From the NCBI GenBank assembly GCA_044352355.1, contig JBILEA010000001.1, positions 1 to 55,215 on the forward strand: DNA of 55,215 nucleotides, written 5' to 3'. The DNA comes from Pontiellaceae bacterium. GTDB lineage: Bacteria > Verrucomicrobiota > Kiritimatiellia > Kiritimatiellales > Tichowtungiaceae. This document shows positions 10,896-19,442 of the stretch, in pieces. A program made the translations under genes and the position numbers. The first letter of the stretch is position 1. Every line of letters starts with the position of its first letter. The notes below the pieces were generated by a model. It ran no database searches. It was given only the letters and a program-made list of their open reading frames with translations, and was not told where the DNA came from.

Positions 10896-11099
10896 CTAAT
10901 TCGCACTAACGGCGAGTTTGGTGTTGCGAAACTCCAGCACATAATCCGCCGTCAGAGCCTTGCCGCGTTTGCCGCGCCCTTCGATACGGCCGGGCGCAAT
11001 CGGATATTCCCGCCGGACACGACTACCCTCGACAACGCCTCAGCCCGCCGCTTTTAACGCGGGATCAATATGTTCGGCTCTGGTTTCGGCTTCGTTCAT
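10896..11099 (-). pseudogene. hsdR: type I restriction subunit HsdR N-terminal fragment
   Basis: MNEAETRAEHIDPALKAAG*GVVEGSRVRREYPIAPGRIEG...ADYVLEFRNTKLAV, then truncated; TGA where the conserved Trp of AAGW is expected. Confidence 0.85.
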
Positions 11100-11115
11100 G
11101 GCGCATCCTTGTCTT

Positions 11116-11169
11116 TTGACTGGGTTGACGTCAATGACTCCATTGTCAGCCGAGTCAATATGATCAACT
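11116..11169. repeat. 9-bp-period GAC/GTC repeat, 3' flank of four-helix-bundle gene
   Basis: ttgactggg-ttgacgtca-atgactcca-ttgtcagcc-gagtcaata-tgatcaact. Confidence 0.7.
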
Positions 11170-11172
11170 CCT

Positions 11173-11922
11173 TTATACCGGTCTTGTTCCTTTGCAATCC
11201 GGAAAAACTGAACAGCCCCAGAAATCACCTTTCGCCGACTTACGCTGGCGCATCGGCTTGCCGCACTGCGGGCATTCCGGCGATGGCGGAAGACTCTTCT
11301 CCCGCGCCTCGATGCGTTTGGCCGTGAGCCGTTCGCTGAAGCCGCCGTTTTCTTCAAACGCCTTGCCCTGCGCTTCAATCTGACTCTTCAACATATTCAG
11401 CGCGCGGCCGATGATAATGAGCATCGCATTGGCCACCACCACCGCGTCATCGGCATCGAGCCACCGGGCGTACTTCTTGCGTTGCTCCAGCGCATGTTTC
11501 GCCGACTCATGAACCATGTCGTCGGAGAATGGCGCCGGATCCAGCGAGATCGCATTCACGGCTTTCGCTTCCGGCTCGTGCACCGACCACGGGAGCTGGT
11601 GCCGGTCGAGAATGAACACCTCGTAATCGCCGCGCAATTCGCTAAGGCTCGCCCGCGCTACATCGGTGAGTTTCATCTCGGTGTCCTTGGAGGTCGAAGA
11701 CCGCTCCGAACCCTCGATGATATTCTGCCGACCGCTGCGCGCGGCCTGGGTCATCTGGTCATACTGCCGCCCTTTCGGGTCGTAAAACTTCGGCCCTGCC
11801 TCGCGGTGATCGAACGTCAGAAAACGGCGGCAGAATCGCAGCGTCTCGATCTGCACAATCGTCGCCAGCGTGAAAGAATGGAGACGGCGGAACCCGCCGT
11901 GTTTATCGAACAGCTCAGGCAT
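11173..11922 (-). CDS. four-helix-bundle protein (TIGR02436-like) with suffix domain (TIGR04258-like) and topoisomerase-type C4 zinc finger
   Basis: GGFRRLHSF, DQMTQAARSGRQNIIEG, KLTDVARASLSELRGDYE, FEENGGFSERL, CPQCGKPM...FWGCSVFPDC. Confidence 0.88.
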   Translation of the reverse strand: MPELFDKHGGFRRLHSFTLATIVQIETLRFCRRFLTFDHREAGPKFYDPKGRQYDQMTQAARSGRQNIIEGSERSSTSKDTEMKLTDVARASLSELRGDYEVFILDRHQLPWSVHEPEAKAVNAISLDPAPFSDDMVHESAKHALEQRKKYARWLDADDAVVVANAMLIIIGRALNMLKSQIEAQGKAFEENGGFSERLTAKRIEAREKSLPPSPECPQCGKPMRQRKSAKGDFWGCSVFPDCKGTRPV

Positions 11923-11958
11923 GCAAAACTCCTTGTTGGTGGCGGTGGTGCGCCCTTA

Positions 11959-12021
11959 GTGACCCTTTTGACGTCATTGTCATCCCGTCCAATTTGGTCA
12001 ATAACGTCACTCGTGTCAAAC
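11959..12021. repeat. 9-bp-period GAC/GTC repeat, 5' flank of four-helix-bundle gene
   Basis: gtgaccctt-ttgacgtca-ttgtcatcc-cgtccaatt-tggtcaata-acgtcactc-gtgtcaaac. Confidence 0.7.
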
Positions 12022-12029
12022 ACCTCATC

Positions 12030-12074
12030 TCACAACTCCCCGTTAAACGCCCGGTGCAGCAGAAATTTTTTTAA
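12030..12074 (-). pseudogene. hsdS: type I specificity subunit HsdS C-terminal stub
   Basis: LKKFLLHRAFNGEL* matches the canonical HsdS ending (LKKSLLxxAFxGEL*). Confidence 0.7.
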
Positions 12075-12532
12075 TGGTGTCAATCAGGTCATCATCATCA
12101 AGCGGGCTGGGCGCCCCTGGTTCCGCCCCGGATTGAGCGAATAAAACCACGTCTTGCGGGTCTTGGTTCCCTTTCCCAAAAACAGCACCACGGTTTTGAC
12201 GCCCGCGCCTTGAAACGTACCGCCGGGACAATCGAGCACGGTGTGCAGGTTGCAGCTTTCCAGTAACAGCTTCCGCAGACTCACCGAGGCGTTGTCGGTA
12301 TTGCTCAAGAAGGTGTTTTTGATGACGACACCAGCGCGTCCGCCCGCTTTGAGCATTTTGATGAAGTGCTGCAAAAACAGGAGCGCGGCTTCGGTGGCCT
12401 TATCTTCTTCGAGACCGTCGAGGTATTTCAGAAACAGCAGCCAGGAGGCTTGCTCGGTATAATCCAGCTCGCTGGTGCATCCGGCATCCTTCCAGAGAAC
12501 GTCGTCGATATTCTTGAAGCTTGTTCAAACAT
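12075..12532 (-). pseudogene. hsdM: type I methyltransferase HsdM, frameshifted and internally deleted
   Basis: MFEQA/FKNIDDVLWKDAGCTSELDYTEQASWLLFLKYLD joined directly to LFLQHFIKMLKAGGRAGVVIKNTFLSNTDNAS...LHTVLDCPGGTFQGAGVKTVVLF; frameshift near 12518; SAM-binding and NPPF core absent. Confidence 0.85.
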
Positions 12533-12565
12533 AAAGGTCTTTCCAATCTTGTGGCCCACTGCGAT

Positions 12566-13948
12566 TTAAACTGTATTCCGAATCAAATAATCACGGATCG
12601 CCGATTCATCATTGGCAATCGTGTCGCAACGGGTTTCGGCGTCGGCGAGTTTGTCGAGTGCCGGATGGTGCGCGGCAACGCCGATCGCCTGTTCAGTGGC
12701 GTCATTAAATTTGGCCGGGTGCGCGGTCGCCAGACAGATGGTCGGAGCGGCGGAGTCCGCAAAGCATTCTGCAACGACCACACCGACGGCGGTGTGCGGA
12801 TCGAGGATGTACCCTTCCTGTTCGTAGCATTTTTTAATCATCGCCAGCGTCTGCGCAGTGTCTGCTTCGCCTGCGGCGAACAGAGGATCCATAACTCCGT
12901 CCGCATTCAACTCAACCGTCAGCGATTTGTTTTTAGCAAAGCTGTCCATCAGTTCGCGCAGTTTCGCGGAGTCTTGACCCAGCCGATAGTAGAGATAGCG
13001 CTCAAAGTTGCTGGCGACCTGAATGTCCATCGACGGACTGATCGTCGGCACGACTTCGCCCATGCTGTAGACGCCGGTGTTGAAGAAGCGCGACAGGATA
13101 TTGTTTTCGTTGGTGGCCAGAATCAGCTTTTTGACCGGCAGGCCCATCTGCGCGGCGATGTATCCGGCCATGATGTCGCCGAAGTTTCCGGTCGGCACCG
13201 CGAACTGCACTTTTGCCGCACCGGTGTTTTCCTGCACACGGAAGGCGGCGTAAAAATAATAGACGATCTGGGCCAGCACGCGCGCCCAGTTGACGGAGTT
13301 GACGGAGCCGAGCGAGTGCTTTTCTTTAAACTTCACATCGGAGAAAATAGATTTCATCAGATGCTGGCAGTCGTCGAAGGTGCCTTCCACCGCGAGATTG
13401 AAGACGTTGTCATCGAGCACACTGGTCATCTGCTTTTCCTGAACGGGACTGGTGCGGCCCTTCGGATGCATGATGAAAATGCGGATATTCTTTTTGCCGT
13501 GAACGCCGTAGATGGCGGCCGACCCGGTGTCGCCGCTGGTTGCGCCGAGAATGTTCAGCTGACCACCGCGTTTTTCGAGAACGTACTCGAACAGATTGCC
13601 GAGAAACTGGAGCGCCACGTCTTTGAAGGCAAGTGTCGGGCCGTGCCATAGTTCCAATACATGGAATCCGTCGACCCGAACAACCGGAGCCACGTCTGCG
13701 GCGCGGAACGTGGAATAGCTTTTTTCAATCAGCATTTTGAGATCGGCAGGCGGCAGATCGGTCGCGAACAGACTCATCACTTCGAACGCCAGCTCCTGAT
13801 ACGAAAGCCCTGCCCACGCCGTCAGTTTACCGAAAACGTTCGGCAGATTTTCGGGCAGAAGCAGTCCGCCGTCGGGTGCCAGCCCGGTCATTACCGCATC
13901 CAAGAATCCGACCGGCTTCATTTGGCCTCTGGTACTGATATATTTCAT
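12566..13948 (-). CDS. thrC: threonine synthase
   Basis: MKYISTRG, GLAPDGGL, LELWHGPTLAFKDVALQ (PLP Lys), ATSGDTGSAA, NSVNWAR, VPTGNFG, SPSMDI, DPHTAV, ATAHPAKF. Confidence 0.97.
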   Translation of the reverse strand: MKYISTRGQMKPVGFLDAVMTGLAPDGGLLLPENLPNVFGKLTAWAGLSYQELAFEVMSLFATDLPPADLKMLIEKSYSTFRAADVAPVVRVDGFHVLELWHGPTLAFKDVALQFLGNLFEYVLEKRGGQLNILGATSGDTGSAAIYGVHGKKNIRIFIMHPKGRTSPVQEKQMTSVLDDNVFNLAVEGTFDDCQHLMKSIFSDVKFKEKHSLGSVNSVNWARVLAQIVYYFYAAFRVQENTGAAKVQFAVPTGNFGDIMAGYIAAQMGLPVKKLILATNENNILSRFFNTGVYSMGEVVPTISPSMDIQVASNFERYLYYRLGQDSAKLRELMDSFAKNKSLTVELNADGVMDPLFAAGEADTAQTLAMIKKCYEQEGYILDPHTAVGVVVAECFADSAAPTICLATAHPAKFNDATEQAIGVAAHHPALDKLADAETRCDTIANDESAIRDYLIRNTV

Positions 13949-13955
13949 ATGCAAC

Positions 13956-13984
13956 TCGTAATGCGTAATTTCGTAATACGTAAC
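13956..13984. repeat. short CGTAAT tandem repeat upstream of thrC
   Basis: tcgtaat-gcgtaat-t-tcgtaat-acgtaac. Confidence 0.6.
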
Positions 13985-14114
13985 CTAAAATGAACGGCAG
14001 ACAATAGACCAGCCTCCCGCCCGAATACACGAAAAAATAAGGGCATATTGATGGAGAGAAACGAATGATCTAAAGTACTTAACGATTGAGATGTTGTTTC
14101 GCAATACGTCAAGA

Positions 14115-14200
14115 AACCCACCCCGCCCTCCGGGCACCCCTCCAGTGGAGGGGATTTTACAAGCTCCCCTCCGAGGGGTGGTCGCAGACCGGGGTGGGTT
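14115..14200. repeat. GC-rich REP-like palindromic element
   Basis: aacccaccccg...cacccctcc...ggagggga / tcccctccgaggggtg...cggggtgggtt nested inverted repeats. Confidence 0.7.
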
Positions 14201-14244
14201 ATGGTGTTTGAAAAACACCCTCATCCATGCTTAGATCCGGACCT

Positions 14245-14973
14245 ATGTCCAAATTCGCTTATGCCGCTGAATTAAAAAAGACCTTCCGTTGCTACGGACA
14301 TTTCTACCGGCTGCATATTGAAGGCGTAAGCCCGCAACTTTGCCGGAGTGTGCTGGAAATCACTTCATTGCCGCGCGAAGCCGTCGGCGCCAAAAGCGAC
14401 CCGCATGACCTGTTCAGCCGTTCAGGAAAAGAACTGAATCTGCCGGATGCGGTGGTGATTATGATGAACCCCGGCTCGTCGCGCCCGATTGAGGAGGGCG
14501 ATACCGACAGCTTGCTGACCCTGCCGCTGCCCGCCGGATTTATCAAACCACTGGTGCTGACTCAGCCGGATAACACCCAGTACCAGATTATGCGGGTGAT
14601 GGTTTCCAAGGGCTGGAACCACGTCCGGGTGCTGAATATTTCCGACCTGCGCGATCCGAAGAGTCCGAGCTTTATCGCCAAAACAAAAGATCTCGCCACC
14701 CTGCCCGGCGGCGCAACGCACAGCCTGTTCTGCGAAGAACGCTCCGCTGAGCGCAACACGTTGCTCCGGCGCAAACCGGGCGCACCGTTCATCCTCGGCT
14801 GGGGTCAGGATGCCGGACTGATTCCACTCGCAAAACAATGCTTAAGCCGGATCGGAGGCGAAAAGATCATTACCGTACCCGCCGGAAACGATCCGGCGCT
14901 GACGGCTCATCCCAGCCCGATGCTTCAATCTAAAAAAGAAGAATGGCTCGACGCAATTCTGACCGCATTCTAA
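14245..14973 (+). CDS. hypothetical protein, divergent DUF1643-like
   Basis: VIMMNPGSS, DNTQYQI, VLNISD, LGWG and AHPSP occur in the same order as the DUF1643 motifs GLNPS/DPT/ANIF/WG/HPL. Confidence 0.6.
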   Translation: MSKFAYAAELKKTFRCYGHFYRLHIEGVSPQLCRSVLEITSLPREAVGAKSDPHDLFSRSGKELNLPDAVVIMMNPGSSRPIEEGDTDSLLTLPLPAGFIKPLVLTQPDNTQYQIMRVMVSKGWNHVRVLNISDLRDPKSPSFIAKTKDLATLPGGATHSLFCEERSAERNTLLRRKPGAPFILGWGQDAGLIPLAKQCLSRIGGEKIITVPAGNDPALTAHPSPMLQSKKEEWLDAILTAF

Positions 14974-14981
14974 TCTCCGCC

Positions 14982-16226
14982 ATGCTTAACAAAAAAACAC
15001 CCTTTCATTTGATGGCTAAACCGGCGGGACCGGACTGCAATCTGGCCTGTAAATACTGCTTCTATCTCGAAAAAGAAGTGCTCTTTAAGGAAAATAAGAT
15101 TCACCGGATGAACGATGCGGTGCTGGAAACCTACATCAAGCAGTACTGCGAGTCGCAGAACACCCCGGAAATTCTCTTCGCCTGGCAGGGCGGCGAGCCG
15201 ACGCTGATGGGTGTAGAATTTTTCCAGAAAGCCGTTCAGCTCCAGAAACGGTATTCCGCCGGACGTCCGGTGCAAAATGCGTTTCAAACCAACGGTACCC
15301 TAATCGATAACGACTGGTGCAAATTCCTGGCCAAAGAGAAGTTTCTGATCGGCCTCAGTCTTGATGGTCCGCGCCATATTCACGACAAATTCCGCGTTGA
15401 CCGCGGCGGCAACCCGACATTTGACAAGGTAATGAAAGCGCTCAAGCTGATGAAGGCCCACCGGGTGGACTTCAACACGCTCACCTGCGTCACCCGCCAG
15501 AACGCACAATACGCGCTGGAAATCTACGACTTCCTGAAAAGCACCGGCAGCACCTTCCTGCAGTTCATTCCAATCATTGAACGTAAGCCGGACGATGCCG
15601 CCGCGCGCCTCGGCCTGAAACTCGCCCTGCCCCCGGATCTGGCTTCGGCAGATGATGATGACCGCGTAATGCCGTGGACGGTTCAGCCGAAGCAGTACGG
15701 GCAATTCCTGATCGATATTTTTGAGGAATGGGTGCGGCGTGACGTTGGAAATGTTTTTGTGCAGATTTTTGATGTGATGCTCAACGGCTGGATGGATATG
15801 CCGCCGCCGCTCTGCGTCTTTGCCGAGCGTTGCGGCAGTGCTATGATCATTGAACACAACGGCGACATCTACGCCTGCGACCATTTTGTCTATCCCGACT
15901 TCCGGCTCGGCAACATTCTCCAGACTCCCATGACCGAACTGGCTCACTCAGAGAAACAGAAAAAATTCGGTAACGACAAATTCGACAAGTTGCCGGAATG
16001 GTGCCGCAAGTGCGATGTCATGTTCGTCTGTCACGGCGAATGCCCGAAGCATCGCTTCATCAGCACACCGACCGGAGAACCGGGGCTGAACTGGCTGTGC
16101 GAAGGCTACAAGATGTTCCTGCACCACATTGACCCCTACATGCGCACGATGGCGCAACTGATCCGCAACAACCGTCCCGCCGCCGATATCATGGCCATGG
16201 TTCCACCGAAAAAGAAGCCGCTCTGA
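14982..16226 (+). CDS. anaerobic sulfatase maturase (radical SAM/SPASM)
   Basis: KPAGPDCNLACKYCFY CxxxCxxC, WQGGEPTL, QTNGTL, SLDGP, SPASM cysteines (YACDHFV, CRKC...CHGECPKHR). Confidence 0.95.
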   Translation: MLNKKTPFHLMAKPAGPDCNLACKYCFYLEKEVLFKENKIHRMNDAVLETYIKQYCESQNTPEILFAWQGGEPTLMGVEFFQKAVQLQKRYSAGRPVQNAFQTNGTLIDNDWCKFLAKEKFLIGLSLDGPRHIHDKFRVDRGGNPTFDKVMKALKLMKAHRVDFNTLTCVTRQNAQYALEIYDFLKSTGSTFLQFIPIIERKPDDAAARLGLKLALPPDLASADDDDRVMPWTVQPKQYGQFLIDIFEEWVRRDVGNVFVQIFDVMLNGWMDMPPPLCVFAERCGSAMIIEHNGDIYACDHFVYPDFRLGNILQTPMTELAHSEKQKKFGNDKFDKLPEWCRKCDVMFVCHGECPKHRFISTPTGEPGLNWLCEGYKMFLHHIDPYMRTMAQLIRNNRPAADIMAMVPPKKKPL

Positions 16227-16234
16227 AATTTACC

Positions 16235-16591
16235 TCACGGCCTGAATATAAAGTAGACTGCGCCGAGGATGCAGAGTCCGGCCCAGAGATAATCAAGCTT
16301 GAGCGGCTGATGCATGTAGAAGATTGCAAACGGCACAAAAACCGACAGTGTGATAACTTCCTGCATGATCTTGAGCTGCGACAGCGAAAGCTGCGTGTAG
16401 CCGATCCGGTTGGCTGGAACCTGAAGCAGATATTCGAACAGCGCGATGCCCCAGCTGACCAGTGCGGCGATAAACCATTTCCGCCCCGCCATGTTGCGCA
16501 GGTGGGCATACCACGCAAAGGTCATGAAGATGTTGGAAAGTGCCAGCAGGAACGCCGATTGAAGCGCGGGGGCAATGAGAATCAGTTTCAT
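16235..16591 (-). CDS. DMT family small membrane protein (DUF486-like)
   Basis: SNIFMTFAWYAHL, SWGIALFEY, QVPANRIG, QLKIMQEVITL. Confidence 0.9.
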   Translation of the reverse strand: MKLILIAPALQSAFLLALSNIFMTFAWYAHLRNMAGRKWFIAALVSWGIALFEYLLQVPANRIGYTQLSLSQLKIMQEVITLSVFVPFAIFYMHQPLKLDYLWAGLCILGAVYFIFRP

Positions 16592-16675
16592 AAATCCTTT
16601 CGTGCGGTAAATAGCGCGGAAGATAGGCTCGCCCAATCCGTTTGAAAAGAGGAAAAAGCCCGCCGGAGAAATCGT

Positions 16676-17311
16676 ATGAAAGAAAATTTTGGACTCTATA
16701 TGGTAATGACCGACCCGGTCGTCGGCTATGAAGCCTGCGCACAGGCGGCGGTGAACTGCGGGCTGCGCTATGTTCAGTTGCGGATGAAAAACACACCGCG
16801 CGCCGCCATACTGGCTGAGGCCCGCAAAGTCCGCGCTGTCACAGCAGGAACTCAGACCCTTTTCATCATGAACGACGATGTCGAGCTGGCCTGGGCCGCC
16901 GACGCTGACGGCGTACATCTCGGTCAGGGCGACCTGCCGCTTGATGAGGCGCGTAAACTCTGGGCCGCGCCCGGTAAAATTTTCGGCCTCTCCACGCACA
17001 GCGAGGAACAGGAGCTGGCAGCACGGGCCTTAAAGCCGGATTACATCGGCGTCGGTCCTGTTTTCCCGACCCCGACCAAGGCGATTGCCGATCCGGCCCT
17101 CGGCATCGAACGCGCAGGAAACATCATCAAAAACTCACCGCTCACCTGCGTAGCACTCGGCGGACTAGACGAAACCAATCTCGCCGGAGTTTTGAAGGCG
17201 GGCGCGGTCAACTACTGTGCCGTACGCGCCATCATGCAGAGCCCGGAGCCAGAAAAAGTGATCCGCACGCTACAACATATCTGGCATGTTACTTCAGATA
17301 TAATCAAATGA
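16676..17311 (+). CDS. thiE: thiamine phosphate synthase
   Basis: VQLRMK, IMNDD, ADGVHLGQGD, GLSTH, DYIGVGPVFPTPTK, VALGG. Confidence 0.93.
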   Translation: MKENFGLYMVMTDPVVGYEACAQAAVNCGLRYVQLRMKNTPRAAILAEARKVRAVTAGTQTLFIMNDDVELAWAADADGVHLGQGDLPLDEARKLWAAPGKIFGLSTHSEEQELAARALKPDYIGVGPVFPTPTKAIADPALGIERAGNIIKNSPLTCVALGGLDETNLAGVLKAGAVNYCAVRAIMQSPEPEKVIRTLQHIWHVTSDIIK

Positions 17312-17354
17312 TTTCAAAATAGATTCTCCGTTAGCAGTTATATAGGGTATCGAT

Positions 17355-18137
17355 ATGAATCGGCGCACATATAAATCTCGTTATGGTGAGTTATGGACTC
17401 ACGATGAATCCGTACTCGCTTTTGACCTTTACTGTAAAATTCCGTTTCATAAGACTAAGTCAAATAACCCGGCCGTGATAGAACTAGCTCGAATTCTAGG
17501 ACGCACTCCTGCGTCTATTGCACGAAAACTTGGAAATTTTGGTGCTTTTGACCCCGCTCTTCGAAAGATTAATATTTCGGGGCTTACACACACGAGCAAG
17601 CTCGATCAAGCAATATGGGAAGAGTTTCATCGAGACTGGGACGGCCTTGTATGGGAGGCCAATAACTTGCGAAATAAGCTGGAATCCACCCCTGCCCGAT
17701 CTTCTGAAAATTCGTTTATACAACCGACGGGCTCTTCAGAAACAGTCCGCCTCACAAAGCAAAGAGTTCATCAGCGTTTTTTCCGAGAAGCGATCTTGAG
17801 CAGTTACGAGACGACCTGTTGCGTAACAGGAATTGCAATCTCAGACTGCCTGATCGCAAGCCACATTATCCCGTGGAGTGAAGCTGCATGTTTTCGAACA
17901 GATCCAACAAATGGGCTGTGTCTAAGCGCCACGTTTGATCGCCTCTTTGATGCCGGACTGATGAGTATCACGGATGATTTGATGATCTGTTTCTCATCGC
18001 AGATTGTTAAGTCAAAAGAGTCTGAAATCCGTGATTTATTACTCCGCTATCATAAGCAACCCATCAGAAAACCTCGCCGTTTCTTTCCAAATCCAGAACA
18101 CCTTGCTTGGCATCGCAGACATCAATTCAAGAACTAA
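17355..18137 (+). CDS. HNH endonuclease (putative modification-dependent restriction enzyme)
   Basis: N-terminal LGRTPASIARKLGNF; C-terminal QRFFREAILSSYETTCCVTG, ASHIIPW, DPTNGLCL, FDAGL, LAWHR; AT-richer than its flanks. Confidence 0.85.
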   Translation: MNRRTYKSRYGELWTHDESVLAFDLYCKIPFHKTKSNNPAVIELARILGRTPASIARKLGNFGAFDPALRKINISGLTHTSKLDQAIWEEFHRDWDGLVWEANNLRNKLESTPARSSENSFIQPTGSSETVRLTKQRVHQRFFREAILSSYETTCCVTGIAISDCLIASHIIPWSEAACFRTDPTNGLCLSATFDRLFDAGLMSITDDLMICFSSQIVKSKESEIRDLLLRYHKQPIRKPRRFFPNPEHLAWHRRHQFKN

Positions 18138-18150
18138 TAGGGAAAGCATC

Positions 18151-18402
18151 ATGAATGAAAATATCGCGCTTCAATCCTTGACATTCGAGTACAAGAAAGC
18201 GATGGCCTCGCCAACGTGCCTAAACAACGAGCTCGTCAGCTCAGAACAACTTATCACAACCCTATGCAACAGCCACAACTGGACGCAAAAAGGCGCTCAA
18301 GTCATCGTCGCCCTTGCGAATGATTATGGTGCATTTGTTTTGCGAAATGCTCTGGCCCTCGCGATTGCCATGGACAAAGAAGACGGGGACTTGGGACTCT
18401 AA
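18151..18402 (+). CDS. hypothetical protein (83 aa)
   Basis: ATG after AGGGAAAG, directly downstream of the HNH gene; ends YGAFVLRNALALAIAMDKEDGDLGL. Confidence 0.65.
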   Translation: MNENIALQSLTFEYKKAMASPTCLNNELVSSEQLITTLCNSHNWTQKGAQVIVALANDYGAFVLRNALALAIAMDKEDGDLGL

Positions 18403-18429
18403 AATAGAAAATCACAGAAGACTAAAGTC

Positions 18430-19362
18430 ATGAAAACATCTCGATCACTGCTGCTTGCTCTCATTTTTGCTTTGCCAATGCTGGCGATGACGGCCCCGGT
18501 GAAAAAGGCCGATGCCAACAACGCTCCAGATGATACTGCTCTGGTGTCTGTGGAGCCGGGAAAAGAGTTTACCTACAAGCTGTCAGGCGGAAAACCACGG
18601 AAGCTGGAAGTTTATTTCCCGGACGGATGGGACGCGGCGAAAAGCAAGGTGCCGGGCGTCATCCTGTTCCACGGCGGAAGCTGGAAAGGCGGCACGCTCG
18701 ATCAGTTCCGCTACGCCTGCAAATACCTTGCCAGCCGCGGACTGGTTGCCGCCACCGCGAATTACCGGATGCTGACAGCCGATGAAGTGAAGGCGCTGCC
18801 CGCCGGAGAGTCGAACAAGCGAACCTGCGTCACCGATGCCAAGAGCGCTATCCGCTGGATGAAGCAGCACGCGGCAGAGCTCGGCATCGATCCACAACGA
18901 CTCATCACCGGCGGCGGATCCGCTGGCGGGCATGTCGCGATACTGGCTACGACCAATCCGGGACTGAACGATCCCGCCGATCCCAAGGAATTTGACACCC
19001 GCGTAGCGGCCTATCTCCTGTTCAATCCCGCCTTGAAGGACAGTGACCGCAGTGATCCCGAGATTTATGCGATGCAGCATCTCAAAAGTAATTTCGCGCC
19101 GGCCGTTTTCTTCTTTGGAGATCAGGATCAACCCTGGAAACCCGGCTCGGACGCCGCGTTGCAGCAGCTCAAAGCTATGGGAAACACTACGGCAGAACTT
19201 TGGGTCGCCGAAGGTCAGGGACACGGCTTCTTCAATAAGCCCCCGTGGCAGGATGTAACACTCGCTCAGGCTGACCGTTTTCTGGTGAAACACGGATTCC
19301 TTGGAGGAACCGGTACACTGCCTCCGCCGAAGACCGGCGAAAAATTGATTCAGGGGCCTTAG
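18430..19362 (+). CDS. exported alpha/beta hydrolase (esterase/lipase)
   Basis: Signal peptide, FHGGSW oxyanion motif, GGSAGG nucleophile elbow, GDQD, GHGFFN. Confidence 0.88.
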   Translation: MKTSRSLLLALIFALPMLAMTAPVKKADANNAPDDTALVSVEPGKEFTYKLSGGKPRKLEVYFPDGWDAAKSKVPGVILFHGGSWKGGTLDQFRYACKYLASRGLVAATANYRMLTADEVKALPAGESNKRTCVTDAKSAIRWMKQHAAELGIDPQRLITGGGSAGGHVAILATTNPGLNDPADPKEFDTRVAAYLLFNPALKDSDRSDPEIYAMQHLKSNFAPAVFFFGDQDQPWKPGSDAALQQLKAMGNTTAELWVAEGQGHGFFNKPPWQDVTLAQADRFLVKHGFLGGTGTLPPPKTGEKLIQGP

Positions 19363-19442
19363 CATCCAATGGTTGGAAGAAATGGTTCCATTATTTGACG
19401 TTTTTCAGCTAGTCTCTCGGGGAATTTTCCAAAGGAAATACT

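Noticed and set aside
11173-11922. Diversity-generating retroelement (Avd-like gene)
   Set aside because: No reverse transcriptase and no TR/VR pair with adenine-specific mismatches were seen; the duplicated GH genes differ at all base types.
12521-13651. 376-aa plus-strand ORF
   Set aside because: Antisense shadow of thrC.
16592-16999. N-terminal extension of the DMT ORF
   Set aside because: Overlaps thiE in antisense; family similarity begins near the Met at 16591.
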